Positions 1-11,917 of a stretch of 64,000 nucleotides of DNA are shown here, one piece after another (the first letter of the stretch is position 1; each line of letters begins with the position of its first letter). Where the stretch lies: NCBI GenBank assembly GCA_951406725.2, contig OX597822.1, positions 39,990,001-40,054,000 on the forward strand, given 5' to 3'. A program made the position numbers and the translations under genes. Below the pieces are notes generated by a model, which was not told the DNA's origin, searched no databases, and saw only the letters and a program-made list of their open reading frames with translations. Source of the DNA: Octopus vulgaris. Lineage: Eukaryota.

Positions 1-812
1 TATACTAGCTTAAAAGCCGGCTTATCAGGAGGCTTTTAAGCTAGCTCCTATGAAGGGGCTCTTTATTGGGCTTTAGGCCCAACAATGGTACTTCATGCAT
101 TGAGTACGTATTAAATTTTATTAAACTTCAACTATATTTTTCAAGCAATGAAAAATTTTCATCAAAACATTCATATAATTGGTTGACTTGGAACTTATTG
201 CAAAGCTGCATGAGAAACAATAGTACCACCACCATCGTCACCACATCTGTCATACACACACCATTCAGACTTCTGACGCTACCACCATCAATACCTTTGA
301 CTTCGTCGCTTTCCCCTCCATCACCATCATCACTGTCTTTCACATCGCTTCATCCTTCATCGCCTCGGTTACCACCCTCAACCCCACCACCACTACCATC
401 ATCAGCGCCGTCTCCGCCTTTATCACGATTACAGCTCATGCTATTACTATCACCCAGTTACCATCACAAAAAGGGTAAATGTTTGTGTTCGTTCAGTATG
501 TAATTTTAGCATGTTAATTCAGTGGTCAGCCCCTCTTTCACTAACATACCCCCATTTCCCTCTCTCTTTCTTATTATTACTACCACTAACCCCATTAACA
601 CTACTACTTTTAATAAAACATCATCAACTCTCCCTAAATTTCTTTGTTTCCCGTTCTCTCCCTCTCTTTGTCTTCGCCACCGCACTCACTCTCCCTATGC
701 CTACTATTACTCTCACCTCAACATGAGCAATAGTAGAAGCGTCAATGAATAGTGAGAAAGGAGGTCGAAGTGTGACACACTGACACACAGAATTTAGTTT
801 TTGCATTAATTA

Positions 813-898
<86 letters not shown>

Positions 899-1112
899 AT
901 AGATAGTAATGTTTATATGTCAACATAACGTGGCAGTCCTGTAAAGGACGATGTTACTTTTGTTTTAGTCCCAGGAAAAATCTGTTCAAGTTGGCTAACG
1001 ACACACAGTTTGTGTCCGTATATAGTATTTGCAAGTGAGGTCATCGCTTCTATATCTAGCCTTAAGTGATACTTACAGATCTAGGTTTCTGAATGTTATC
1101 CGTCCTCAGTGT

Positions 1113-1146
1113 GAGACTGTCACCAGCTAGTGACGAAAGCTATCTC
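1113..1146 (+). ncRNA. Hammerhead ribozyme relic with 5-nt core deletion
   Basis: GAGA-CU[GANGA missing]-GUCAC cagcua GUGAC-GAA-AGCU-A-UCUC. Confidence 0.45.
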
Positions 1147-1252
1147 CACTCATATATATTTATAGGTATATGAATACATATAAATATATTTATATGAGTG
1201 TGTATGTATCTATATATATATATGTGTGTGTGTGTGTATCTAAATACATATA

Positions 1253-1424
1253 GACAGGAGTGGCTGGGTGGCAAGAAGCTTGCATTCCAACCACACGGTT
1301 CTGGGTTCAATCCCACTGCATGGCACCTTGGGCAAGTGTCTTCTACAATAGCCTCGAGCCGAGCAAAGCCTTAGATTTAGTAGACGAAAACTGAAGCCCG
1401 TCGTAAACACACACTAACACACAC

Positions 1425-1460
<36 letters not shown>

Positions 1461-1655
1461 GACTGTGTTTATCCCCACCACCATGAATTGCCAACCGTTC
1501 TTGATGTGTTTACGTCCACTTAACTTTGCGGTTCGATAAATGAGATCGATAGAATAAGTACTAGCCTTACAAAGCATAAGTCCTGGGGTCGATTTGTTCG
1601 TCTAAAGGCGGTGCTCCAGCATGGCCACAGTCAAATGACTGGAACAACAGTAAAA
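1253..1655 (+). mobile_element. tRNA-derived SINE family 1 (CORE-like accttgggcaagtg, internal microsatellite)
   Basis: A box tggctgggtgg, B box ggttcaatccc, conserved body and gactggaacaa tail. More than 14 copies in the window. Confidence 0.8.
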
Positions 1656-1667
1656 GACTAATATTAA

Positions 1668-1722
<55 letters not shown>

Positions 1723-1758
1723 CATACATATATATACATACATACATATATTATATAT

Positions 1759-1825
<67 letters not shown>

Positions 1826-2089
1826 TATTTGGTTGAACGAGCAATCTTTAAAAAGAGTCTCTGTGTGCGCATTTACATCCTGCTATGTCTTTCGTGTCGA
1901 AACTAGAACAATAGTATAAAGGTGACAAGTAAATGACAGAAGCAGAGAAACGACGCTTCCCATTGGTCAATTCAATATTCCATTATGGAGGCGTTAAATT
2001 AGAGCAGCAACAGATTTTATGTCGGCTTTTACACCTCAGTAATGAAAGATCCGGTTTACTTAACGAGGATGTATTTCTCCTCTCACGAT

Positions 2090-2100
2090 CTATCTATCTA

Positions 2101-2143
<43 letters not shown>

Positions 2144-2372
2144 GTGTGTCTGTCTGCATGTATGTGCGTATGAATGTATATATGTATGTATGTATGTATG
2201 TATCTATCTATCTATCTACCTACCTACCTACTTACCTATCTACCTCCCTCCCTACCCACCTCCCTCCCTCCTCCCTCCCTCTCTACCTACCTACCTACCT
2301 ACCTACCTACCTACCACCTGCCTGCCTACCTACCTACCTACCTACCTACCTACCTACCTACCTACCTAACTT

Positions 2373-2451
<79 letters not shown>
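2090..2451. repeat. Compound tetranucleotide microsatellite (TATC/TGTC/TATG/TACC)
   Basis: Seen directly. Confidence 0.95.
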
Positions 2452-2452
<1 letters not shown>

Positions 2453-2454
2453 AG

Positions 2455-2735
2455 TCCGAGTAAGGGTGAATGGCACCGCGAGTGTCGCGTTGCTCTCAAG
2501 CAACCCTACCGTCCCGGATCGACCTTGAGCGACTTCAACAAAACCAAAGCATTTTACAGGGGATTAGTGTAGGGGAGGAGCGACGACTATCTCGGGGCGA
2601 AACTATGCGTCGACGAGGAATACCTGACCCGCCTGTTCAAGACGACTTTCGGGCCGGGACCTATGGACAACTTCCAGAGATCCCTGACCTGGCAGTTCGG
2701 GATAAGCTCTACAGGTATGGCTCGGGAGAGGGGAT
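2455..2735 (+). mobile_element. Tx1/L1-clade LINE ORF2 C-terminal fragment
   Basis: GC-rich patch giving WHRECRVAL, TKAFYRGLV, NFQRSLTW and LAVRDKLYRYG, the pattern preceding the zinc knuckle in Tx1-like ORF2s. Confidence 0.5.
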
Positions 2736-3149
2736 TATATTTTGAAGATGAAGTCAAATATGGTTAATTGTTGTTGCTGTTGTTGATATTGATGATATAA
2801 CTCTGATTCGACCGTGATACAATGATGCAAACAGTGAAGTGCAATCCACTGATTTACAGCTCCATATATAACGTACCTTAGTTAGGGAAGCTGTCGTGGC
2901 TGATTGGTTTAGAAGTTCGCTTGATATTCATGAGACCCCGGTCTCAAGTACTCTGCGTGTTTTTATTGTATCGTTGTATTGACTCAAGCTATGTGGACGA
3001 GATTGGACTGGTGGAAACTGATCGGGAACTGTTGGATTTTGTCTGTGTTTGGAAAGGCCAACATGATCATATAGTAATCATGATGTTGGGCCTGAGAAAT
3101 AACCTGAAGGGTAGACATGCATGCGGAATACTCAGCCACTTATCTTTCA

Positions 3150-3460
3150 TCTTTTACTTTTTTGCGGTCATTACACGACGGCCAGTACTTTTATTCTATC
3201 ACCGAACCGCTAGGTCACTGAGATGGAAACACACCAACAACGGTTGTCTAGCGGTGGTGACACACAAACACAGATACACACACACACACACACAAATCTA
3301 CGATGGGCTTCTTTTAGTTTTTGTCTACCAAATCCACTCACGGAACTTTAGTCAGCCTAAGGCTATAGTAGAAAACACCTGCACAAAGGTGCCGCTCATG
3401 GGACTGAATCCGGAACCATGTGGTTGGGAAACAAGCTTTTTACCACACAGCCCCGCCTGC
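3150..3460 (-). mobile_element. SINE family 1, diverged copy
   Basis: Reverse-complement match to the family 1 body and head. Confidence 0.7.
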
Positions 3461-3487
3461 AACGAGCAAGCAGGTTTTTTTTTTATA

Positions 3488-3624
3488 GTGGAGGCACGTA
3501 GTTTAGTGGTTAAGGAGTTGAACTCGTGATCGTAAGATTGTGGTCTCGATTTCTGAACGGGGCTATACAGTGTTCTTGATCAAAACACTTCATTTTACAT
3601 TGCTCCAATGCACTCAGCTGGCAA
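3488..3624 (+). mobile_element. tRNA-derived SINE head (family 3)
   Basis: A-box-like tagtttagtgg. Homologous to 62411-62550 and to 8160-8496 (minus). Confidence 0.65.
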
Positions 3625-3736
3625 GGCCATATCACGTTGAAAGCATCGGTTCTCGTCCGATCACAGGAGTTAAGCAACGTCGAGCCTAGTTAGTAATTAG
3701 ATGGGTGAGCGCTTTGGAAACTTAGGTGCTGTAAGC
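3625..3736 (+). pseudogene. 5S rRNA pseudogene lacking the first ~6 nt
   Basis: ggccatatcacgttgaaagcatcggttctcgtccgatcac...agttaagcaacgtcgagcctagttagta...gatgggtga...aggtgctgtaagc follows the mollusc-type 5S sequence as I recall it. Box C is altered and there is no T4 terminator. Confidence 0.85.
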
Positions 3737-3750
3737 GTCACACATTTAAA

Positions 3751-3913
3751 GGCGTAGGAGTGGCTGTGTGGTAAGTAGCTTGCTTACGAACCACATGGTT
3801 CCGAGTTCAGTCTCACTGCATGGCACCTTGTGCAAGTGTCTTCTACTATAGCCTCGGGCCGACCAAAACCTTGTGAGTGGACTTGGTAGGCGGAAACTGA
3901 AAGAATCCCGTCG

Positions 3914-3915
<2 letters not shown>
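3751..3915 (+). mobile_element. SINE family 1, 5' half
   Basis: ggcgtaggagtggctgtgtggtaag...aagaatcccgtcg, then (TG)n. Confidence 0.8.
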
Positions 3916-3959
<44 letters not shown>

Positions 3960-4006
3960 TGTCTGTGTGTCTGTGTGTGTGTCTGTGTTTGTGTATGTGT
4001 GTGTGT

Positions 4007-4384
4007 TCTGCTGCACGACAACGCCCGCCCTCATATCGCCAATATGACCAAGGAAGCCATTCAAACTGGGAAGTGCTGCCATACCCACCGTACTCTCCTG
4101 ATTTGGCACCAACGGATTTCCACCTCTTTCGATCTCTTTCAAATGCTATGCGCGGAGTTTTGTTCAATACTGATGCAGAATTGAGAGCTTGGTTGGATCA
4201 ATTTTTCGAGTCGAAATCGGGTGATTTCTACTAACGAGGTACTGAAAATCTTGTTTAATGTTGGGAAGAAGTTGTAAACAACAAAGGTGAATATATTATT
4301 GATTAATTAGTTATTATTTTTTATTAAATCTTTTTAAAAATTTAAATTTTAAAAAACGACGGGAACTTAGTTGCTAATCTAATA
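4007..4384 (+). mobile_element. Mariner (DD34D) transposon 3' remnant with terminal inverted repeat
   Basis: LLHDNARPH, frameshift, WEVLPYPPYSPDLAPTDFHLFRSL...GEYIID-stop. TIR-like end cgggaacttagttgctaatctaaTA. Confidence 0.88.
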
Positions 4385-4874
4385 GAACAACTGAATAGCA
4401 ATCGTCGAAGTAGACGGAGAATCCATCGCCTCTGTTTAGTTGAGGTCCTCACTAGATATTCTGACCTTCATTTTTGTTTCTTATCACATAAAAAGTAGAG
4501 TGTGACAATCTGACCATATTTTTTTCAGGAGCACACCGGTTATTCCAACATACGAAAATAGAAAAGAAACATACTATAATGTCATCTCAGAGCACACTCC
4601 CCCAAATCTTAGTTTTTGTGGGAGATATGTACTAGAATGTTTTGTCCGCAACACTGTTCCAGATACGGGGAGAGTATTTCATTGCAGGTTTCATTATAAC
4701 TGTATTTTCTCTACTCCCCACGCTCTTTCTTTATGTTTGTAAATTCTGGAGGTGAACTCAGAAGATGAGGGTCAAGTGGCTTAACAAATGTGTAGCAATT
4801 GTTATTTGTCTTTACTTATATCCGTTCGTTTACATCTTAGCCGAGTATATCGTACAAATTAGGTTGAAATGCAG

Positions 4875-5302
4875 GGCGGCGAACTGGCAGTATAGTTAGC
4901 ACGCTGCACAAAATACTTAGCGGCAGTTCTTCCGTCTTTAAGTCCTGAGTTCAAATGTCGCTGACATCGACATTGCCTTTCATCCTTTCGGGGTTGATGA
5001 AACAATTACCAGTAAAATTTTCCACGAAATTGCTGGCCTTATACCAAGAACTTGAAGTCATTAGTATCATTATTATTAAGGCGGCGAGCTGGCATATTTG
5101 TTAGCACGCTGGGCTAAATGCTTAGCAGTATTTCGCCCATCGCTATGTTCTGAGTTCAAATTCCGCCGAGGTCGACTTTGCCTTTCATCTTTTCGGGGTC
5201 AATAAATTAAGTGCCATTTGAACTCTGGGATCGATGTAATCAACACATCTCCTTCCACAAAATATCTGCCCTTGTGGCTAAATTTGAAGCCATTATTATT
5301 AT
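4875..5302 (+). mobile_element. Two tandem SINE family 2 copies (4875-5060, 5079-5302)
   Basis: ggcggcgagctggc head, gagttcaaat B box, central gtcgactttgcctttcatcctttcggggtcgataaa domain (recalls the MetaSINE-type central domain) and (att)n tail. Confidence 0.75.
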
Positions 5303-5303
5303 T

Positions 5304-5869
5304 GAGTGAGAGAGCAGTGCATACCATCAAAGTGACACTGGGGTAAAATATACGAAGCCCAATATACCCATCATGACTACCCGTCTAATAATGGCACTCC
5401 AGGCACATGCATCACAACCATATGTGTGCGAAATGGTGATCTCATATCAAGATAAACAGCGCATGACCTTGCAGGTGAAGCCCAGTTAGAATTTTCTTCT
5501 GGTCGAGTGGCCCATTCTGCTCAAAAGGTCCATGAATAAGGGTTGTTTAAGGATGTTGAGCAAAACACACATATTTCCAAAGGTAAATTATTAAAACCCC
5601 AAAGAATTCCTCTCAACACATGGCTATGATGCTCCCCTACTACTTCTGGTCGTGATCAAGAGATGCACATATCGTCAGCCACTAAGGGACATGCTCAACT
5701 GGTTAAGGTCAAACCACTGGCAAGCAAATCTGTGATATTGAGCAGAATATTTGCTGTTGATCATCTTTTATACCAAGACAAAACAATGCACATGATAACA
5801 CTTCCAATCAGTTAAGATCAGAAGTCATGAGAGCCACGAGAGCGACTGCCTGGTACTGCATTAGGGCAT
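5304..5869 (-). mobile_element. ~560-bp (TAA)n-embedded non-coding element, copy 1
   Basis: Plus-strand ends gagtgagagagcagtgc...ctgcattagggcat within (TTA)n. Six homologous copies elsewhere in the window. Strand inferred from Dong polarity. Confidence 0.85.
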
Positions 5870-5902
5870 TTTATTATTATTATTATTATTATTATTGTTA
5901 TT

Positions 5903-6120
5903 AAGGCGGCGAACTGGCAGAATCATTAGCACACCGCACAAAATGTTTAGCGGCACCCACCTCCCCGGTTCTGAGTTCAAATTCCGTTTTGGTCGGCTTT
6001 GCTTTTTATTCTTTCGGGAGTTGATGAAATAAATACCAGTCGAAAATCGGGGATCGATGTAATCGATTACCCCCAACTTTCCCTGAAATATCGGGCCTCC
6101 TCGTACTTATATGTAGAAAT
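5903..6120 (+). mobile_element. SINE family 2
   Basis: Same head and central domain. Confidence 0.7.
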
Positions 6121-6335
6121 AACTTATTTAGGTTGATGCGTTGCTGCTATGTTTTTAGAGCAGGACGCTTCGTGTTTGTTTAGACAGAGTAGGAGAAACA
6201 TGGTAGTGAGGATATAGTTGCAATAGTATTTTAGAGTAAGTTTGAAAGTGCGTGGGTGTCAAGATTTAGATGTGATGATATATGTTGCCGTAGGGGACAT
6301 ATGAGACGGTACGGTGGTACGGTTGTGGTGTGGAG

Positions 6336-6388
<53 letters not shown>

Positions 6389-7250
6389 GTGTGTGGTTTG
6401 AACACGGAGGCTGGTTCTTCGTGTGTAGAACTAGCTTATTTAAGTGGTCTTTTATCTTTAGTATTGACGTGTCATTGTGAGTACGTGGCTTACGGGTGAA
6501 ATCTCTGTGCAGACTTTGATGTAATGAAATGCACTATTTTATGTTTTTTGTAGTCTCTGGTGATTTCTTTGGGAGACATTGGTGAGTGTCAGGCAAGACA
6601 AGCATAAAACATTGATGGATCAAATATATTGATTGTAGGCCAGCGTTGGTCCTTTCTGTTAGCCATAAGTGGTGCGTTGGTTGCATTTCAAGTTTCGCTA
6701 ATGTTCAAATCATTGATTTTCCCGAGTGAGTATTTATATATAGAGAGAAGAGGAGGAGTGCCTAAGCTTGAAAGATAAGAGTTTGATAGGAACTTCAGAC
6801 GTCGAGGTAAAGGGCAAAGGTCGAGGGAAGGCAAGACGTCGAGGTTAGAGGTCAGAGTTCGTGGCAAAGATAAGAGGAGGCTATGTATGTATGTATGTAT
6901 GTATGTATGTATGTATGTATGTATGTATGTATGTATGTATGTATGTATGTGTATGTATGTATGTATGTATGTGTGTGTGTGTACAATTGAGTTGTGTCCA
7001 TGCACTTAAAGTACCACCACCCTTATATAAGTGTGTGAAACGTGTGGTGTCGTATGGAATTTGGCTTATCCATGGTAACTACAAATAAAAAGGGGGAATA
7101 ACCAGGAAAAGGTTCTTGAAAGCTAAATGATAAATCACTAAATCACTGCGTAATGAATTAATGTAATTACCCATGATGTCTTAATTAATTAAAATTGATT
7201 ATAAACGACTTCATCTATCTATCTCTTTATTTCTTTCTTTCTCTCTCACT

Positions 7251-7429
<179 letters not shown>

Positions 7430-7579
7430 GGAAGAGTGAGAGAGAGAGAGAGTGAGTCAGAGAAAGAAAGAGAGGGAGGGTTAGAGAGAGAAAGTTATGT
7501 GTGTGTGCACGTGTGTGTGGTTCATTTCCACTGGAATCTTCACCCGTGCTCGTATTTCATACGATAGATATATACATAT

Positions 7580-7912
7580 ATTCCGCCGAGGTCGACTTTG
7601 CCTTTCATCCTTTCGGGGTCGATTAAATAAGTACCAGTTACGCACTGGTGTCGATGTAATCGACTTAATCCGTTTGTCTGTCCTTGTTTCTCCCCTCTGT
7701 GTTTAGCCCCTTGTGGGTAGTAAAAAAATAGGTATTTCATCTGTCTTTATGTTCTGAGTTCAAATTCCGCTGAGGTCGACTTTCATGCTTTTGGGGTCGA
7801 TAAATTATGTACCAGTTACGCACTGGGGTCGATGTAATCGACTTAATCCGTTTGTTTGTCCTTGTTTGTCCCCTCTATGTTTAGCCCCTTGTGGGCAATA
7901 AAGAAATAAGAA
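7580..7912 (+). mobile_element. SINE family 2, dimeric 3' halves
   Basis: Two tandem ~170-bp units ttccgccgaggtcgactt...ccccttgtggg. Confidence 0.75.
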
Positions 7913-8156
7913 ATAAGTAATCCTACGACGTGCTGGCATCTCATCCAGGGGAAGAAAATATGCTCCACGCAAACCGGGAAACCGGCCCTAGGAATCAATA
8001 TGGAACTAAATGCATAGAGCCATTTAGTTGCCTCCCTTTACAATCTGTGACGAAAACCGAGAATTAAACTTTTTTGAATTAACTTTACCCCTTTCATGGG
8101 TGAATACAATCAATACCTAACAACTACTAGAGAGGGTAAATATGATACTGAAGAAC

Positions 8157-8497
8157 CAACTGGCACTCCGTCGGTTACGACGACGAGCGCTCCAGTTGAT
8201 TCAATCAACGGAACTGCCTGCACGTGAAATTAACGTGCGAGTGGCTGAGCCCTCATATAACCGCGTACTCTTGACGTAGTTCTTAGGGAGATCCAGCGTG
8301 ACACAGAATGTGACAAGGTTGGCCCTTTGAATTGCAGGTACAACTGATGTTTGCCAGCTGAGTGGACTGGAGCAACGTGAGATAAAGGACACAAAACACC
8401 CATTTGCTCAAGGACACAACAACCCCACCGGGAATCGAACTCACTGCCTTACGATTGTGAACTGAATACCCTAACCACAAAGCCACGCGCTTTCACA
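8157..8497 (-). mobile_element. tRNA-derived SINE (family 3) with 10-bp TSD
   Basis: A box tggctttgtgg and B box gttcgattcc on the minus strand. Flanking direct repeat actgaagaac at 8147-8156 and 8498-8507. Confidence 0.8.
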
Positions 8498-8563
8498 ACT
8501 GAAGAACTAGTTAATCGGGTAGATACCCTTCTTTTACGAATTAAACTCAGTACTCGTCAAATA

Positions 8564-8773
8564 TTCTTTTCTACTCTAGGCACAAGGCCCGAAATTTTGG
8601 GGGAAGGGGCCAGTCAATTAGATCGACCCCAGTGTGCAACTGGTATTTAATTTATCGACCACGAAAGCATGAAAGGCAAAGTCGACCTCGGCTGAATTTG
8701 AAACGTAAAGATGGACGAAATAGCGCTAAGCACTTCGCCCGGCGTGCTAACGATTCTGCCAGCTTGCCGCCTT
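8564..8773 (-). mobile_element. SINE family 2 with 15-bp TSD
   Basis: Direct repeat agtactcgtcaaata at 8549-8563 and 8774-8788. Confidence 0.85.
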
Positions 8774-9468
8774 AGTACTCGTCAAATACTAGAAGCCTAA
8801 CTAGTACACACCCGATCATCTTATCTGTAATACTACATCCAATACCTCAAGGATGTACCCCCACCACACACACACACACGCATACACCCTTCAAAAACCA
8901 TTTCCTTGTTCCGATTGTTTATCGTAGATTCTGAATTTATTCTACAAACCACCGGAATTTCTAAACGAATTTCTCCACTTTCTTTAGCTTGGACTAACAA
9001 CGTCATCAAATATTTATAAAGTACACACGTAATACACACGCACACACAGGAATACACAGACACACACACATACATTTCCTACCACCGCCAAATATATGTA
9101 CTCACCCACACACACGTACTTACACAGTTCTGTACAATAGTGACATATACACCCACAACAAAAATGCAAGTATATCTACGCATACATTTACATCTAAGTT
9201 TTACATACATTCACAAATCGCTATGCACACACACGCACGCACTCACACGCACACACTCATACAGACAGACAGACACTCACACACATACAATCGTATACAA
9301 ATGTGACACATACACCCACATATACGGGAATGCTAGCATATCTACGCACGCACATCTAGAGCTTTTTTCTCACACATTTCCAAATCCCTTGAACTGTCTT
9401 CTCTCAATCAAAACAGTTTTGTCACTTTGTTTGTGAGAGGTTTGAAAGAACTTGAATAAATCCCAAAG

Positions 9469-9516
<48 letters not shown>

Positions 9517-9633
9517 ACACACACATACATATGTACATATATATATATGCATACGTACATGCACGCATGTATATATGTATATATATATATACATATATAG
9601 ATATATACATACATATATTTATATATATATACA

Positions 9634-9680
<47 letters not shown>

Positions 9681-9774
9681 TCCAAACATGAAAACACAAA
9701 GAGAAACACAACAACGCAAGGACATGGAACAAGTATAGTGTTATTGGACGCTCAGGAAAGAAAGAAAAGAAGGA

Positions 9775-9813
9775 GGATTTAACGGTTCGAGCGGAGCTCT
9801 TCGTTAGAAACAT
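9775..9813 (-). ncRNA. Degenerate Penelope-type minimal hammerhead
   Basis: UUU-CUAACGA-A-GAGC ucc GCUC-GAA-CCGU-U-AAA, two substitutions away from CUGACGA...GAAACGU. Confidence 0.45.
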
Positions 9814-9910
9814 AGGAAAAGGAAAGATCCAAGGAAGGGAAGACGGAGGAAAAAGATCGCCATCGGTACACACGCAGTCACATTTTGAATGTATATATAT
9901 ATACATACAT

Positions 9911-9978
<68 letters not shown>

Positions 9979-10517
9979 GTTTATATATTTGTTTTGCAAG
10001 ATTCTTGATGTGAAATCGTGTGTTGAAAAATATATTGTTGTATTTAGGAATGGTCATGTTGCCAATTTAGCCAATAAAAATACACGCACTATATATTTGG
10101 TGTTAATTTGCTTCAGCTTTATTTTTTTTTTCCATTAATCTTAATCTTATTTCGGCCAGAGTTCTTTTGACACACTTCTGTGACCTCTTCAGTGGTGCTT
10201 TGCTTTCTTCTTTCTTATTTGTGTGTCTCTCCTTACTAACGATCAGCCATTTTGTATTTTGTATTCCTATTGTATGTGTCTTTATTTGCGCATGCGTATA
10301 CCCCTATGCGTGTCCATGTTTAGTAAGTGCGTGTGTGTGTGTGGGTGGGGGGAAGTGCCTGTATTATCTGTATCCCCAGTGTATACACGTTCCTGTAATT
10401 TGTTTTTATAGTTTGTTCATGTGTCTATACCTACTTATTTTTTTGTATTTAATTTAATTTATTTTTATCTTAAATTTTGTTAATGTGTATGTATATATAT
10501 ATATATATACATGCATA

Positions 10518-10825
10518 TAGGCGCAGGAGTGGTTGTGTGGTAAGTAGCTTGCTTACCAACTGCGTGTCATCTACTATAGCCTTGTGAGTGGATTTGGTAG
10601 GCGGAAACATATGTATGTATGTGTGTGTATATGTTTGTGTGTCTGTGTTTGTCCCCCCAATATCGATGCTAGTGTGTTTACGTTTCCGTAACATTAGTGG
10701 CAAAAGAGACCGATTGAATAAGTACTAGGCTTACAAAGAATAAGTCCTGGGGTCAATTTGCTCGATTAAAGGCGGTGCTCCAGCATGGCCACAGTCACAT
10801 GACTGAAACAAGTAAAATAGTAAAA
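10518..10825 (+). mobile_element. SINE family 1, internally deleted
   Basis: Head and tail present, with two internal deletions. Confidence 0.75.
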
Positions 10826-11127
10826 AGAAAGAGATAAGTATATACGTATATATATATATATACATTAATACATACATAATACACACATACATATATACAT
10901 GTGCACGCGCACACAGTAGGTAACACATAAATATATAGACGCATATAGCTGGAGTGCATGCATATACTTCAGCACGAGTGTAGATAACTGTTATCACGCA
11001 TGCGTTCTTTTCAACTTTCACATAGATATCTGCGAAGATACACAAATACATATAGGTTGGAATTATACATACACAGATGCATATACATGCATATATACAT
11101 ACATACGTACATTCAGACATTCGTACA

Positions 11128-11540
11128 TAGGCGCAGGAGTGGCTGTATGGTAAGTAGCTTGTTTACCAACCACATGGTTCCGGGTTCAGTTCCACTGCGT
11201 GGCACCTTGGGCAAGTGTCTTCTACTATAGCCTCGGGCCGACCAAAGCCTTGTGAGTGGATTTGGTAGACGGAAACTGAAAGAAGCCCGTCGTATATATG
11301 TATATATATATATATATGTATGTGTATGTGTGTGTGCTTGTGTGTGTCTGTCCCCCTAGCATTGCTTGACAACCGATGCTGGTGTGTTTATGTACCCGTC
11401 ACTTAGTGGTTTGGCAAAAGAGACCGATAGAATAAGTACTGGGATTACAAAGAATAAGTCCCGGAGTCGAGTTGCTCGATTAAAGGCGGTGCTCCAGCAT
11501 GGCCGCAGTCAAATGACTGAAACAAGTAAAAGAGTAAAGA
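11128..11540 (+). mobile_element. SINE family 1, full length
   Basis: Complete head, internal (TA/TG)n and gactgaaacaagtaaaagag tail. Confidence 0.85.
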
Positions 11541-11803
11541 GTAGATATATACATACCACAATCGCCACAGGTCATACAAACATACAAAGCACATAGAAAA
11601 CGCATAAACATTACACTTTATATACATTCAATACATACACACACTAACACACGACATAAACACCAAGTGTAACAACAGATGTGCGTAAATACAAAGCCAC
11701 ACACAGACACACACACACATACGAAACGTACCATACACAGTTAGACGACATATACATACCAAATAAAATATATTCTGCACCGTGTGTATTATATACACCG
11801 TGT

Positions 11804-11836
<33 letters not shown>

Positions 11837-11881
11837 CCTATATACATACATTATATATATGTATATATGTATGTATATATG

Positions 11882-11914
<33 letters not shown>

Positions 11915-11917
<3 letters not shown>

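Noticed and set aside
3625-3736. Functional 5S rRNA gene
   Set aside because: The 5' end is missing, box C is mutated, there is no terminator and it is not in a tandem array.
6130-6880. Possible Penelope ORF remnant on the minus strand
   Set aside because: No recognisable RT or GIY-YIG motif in any frame.
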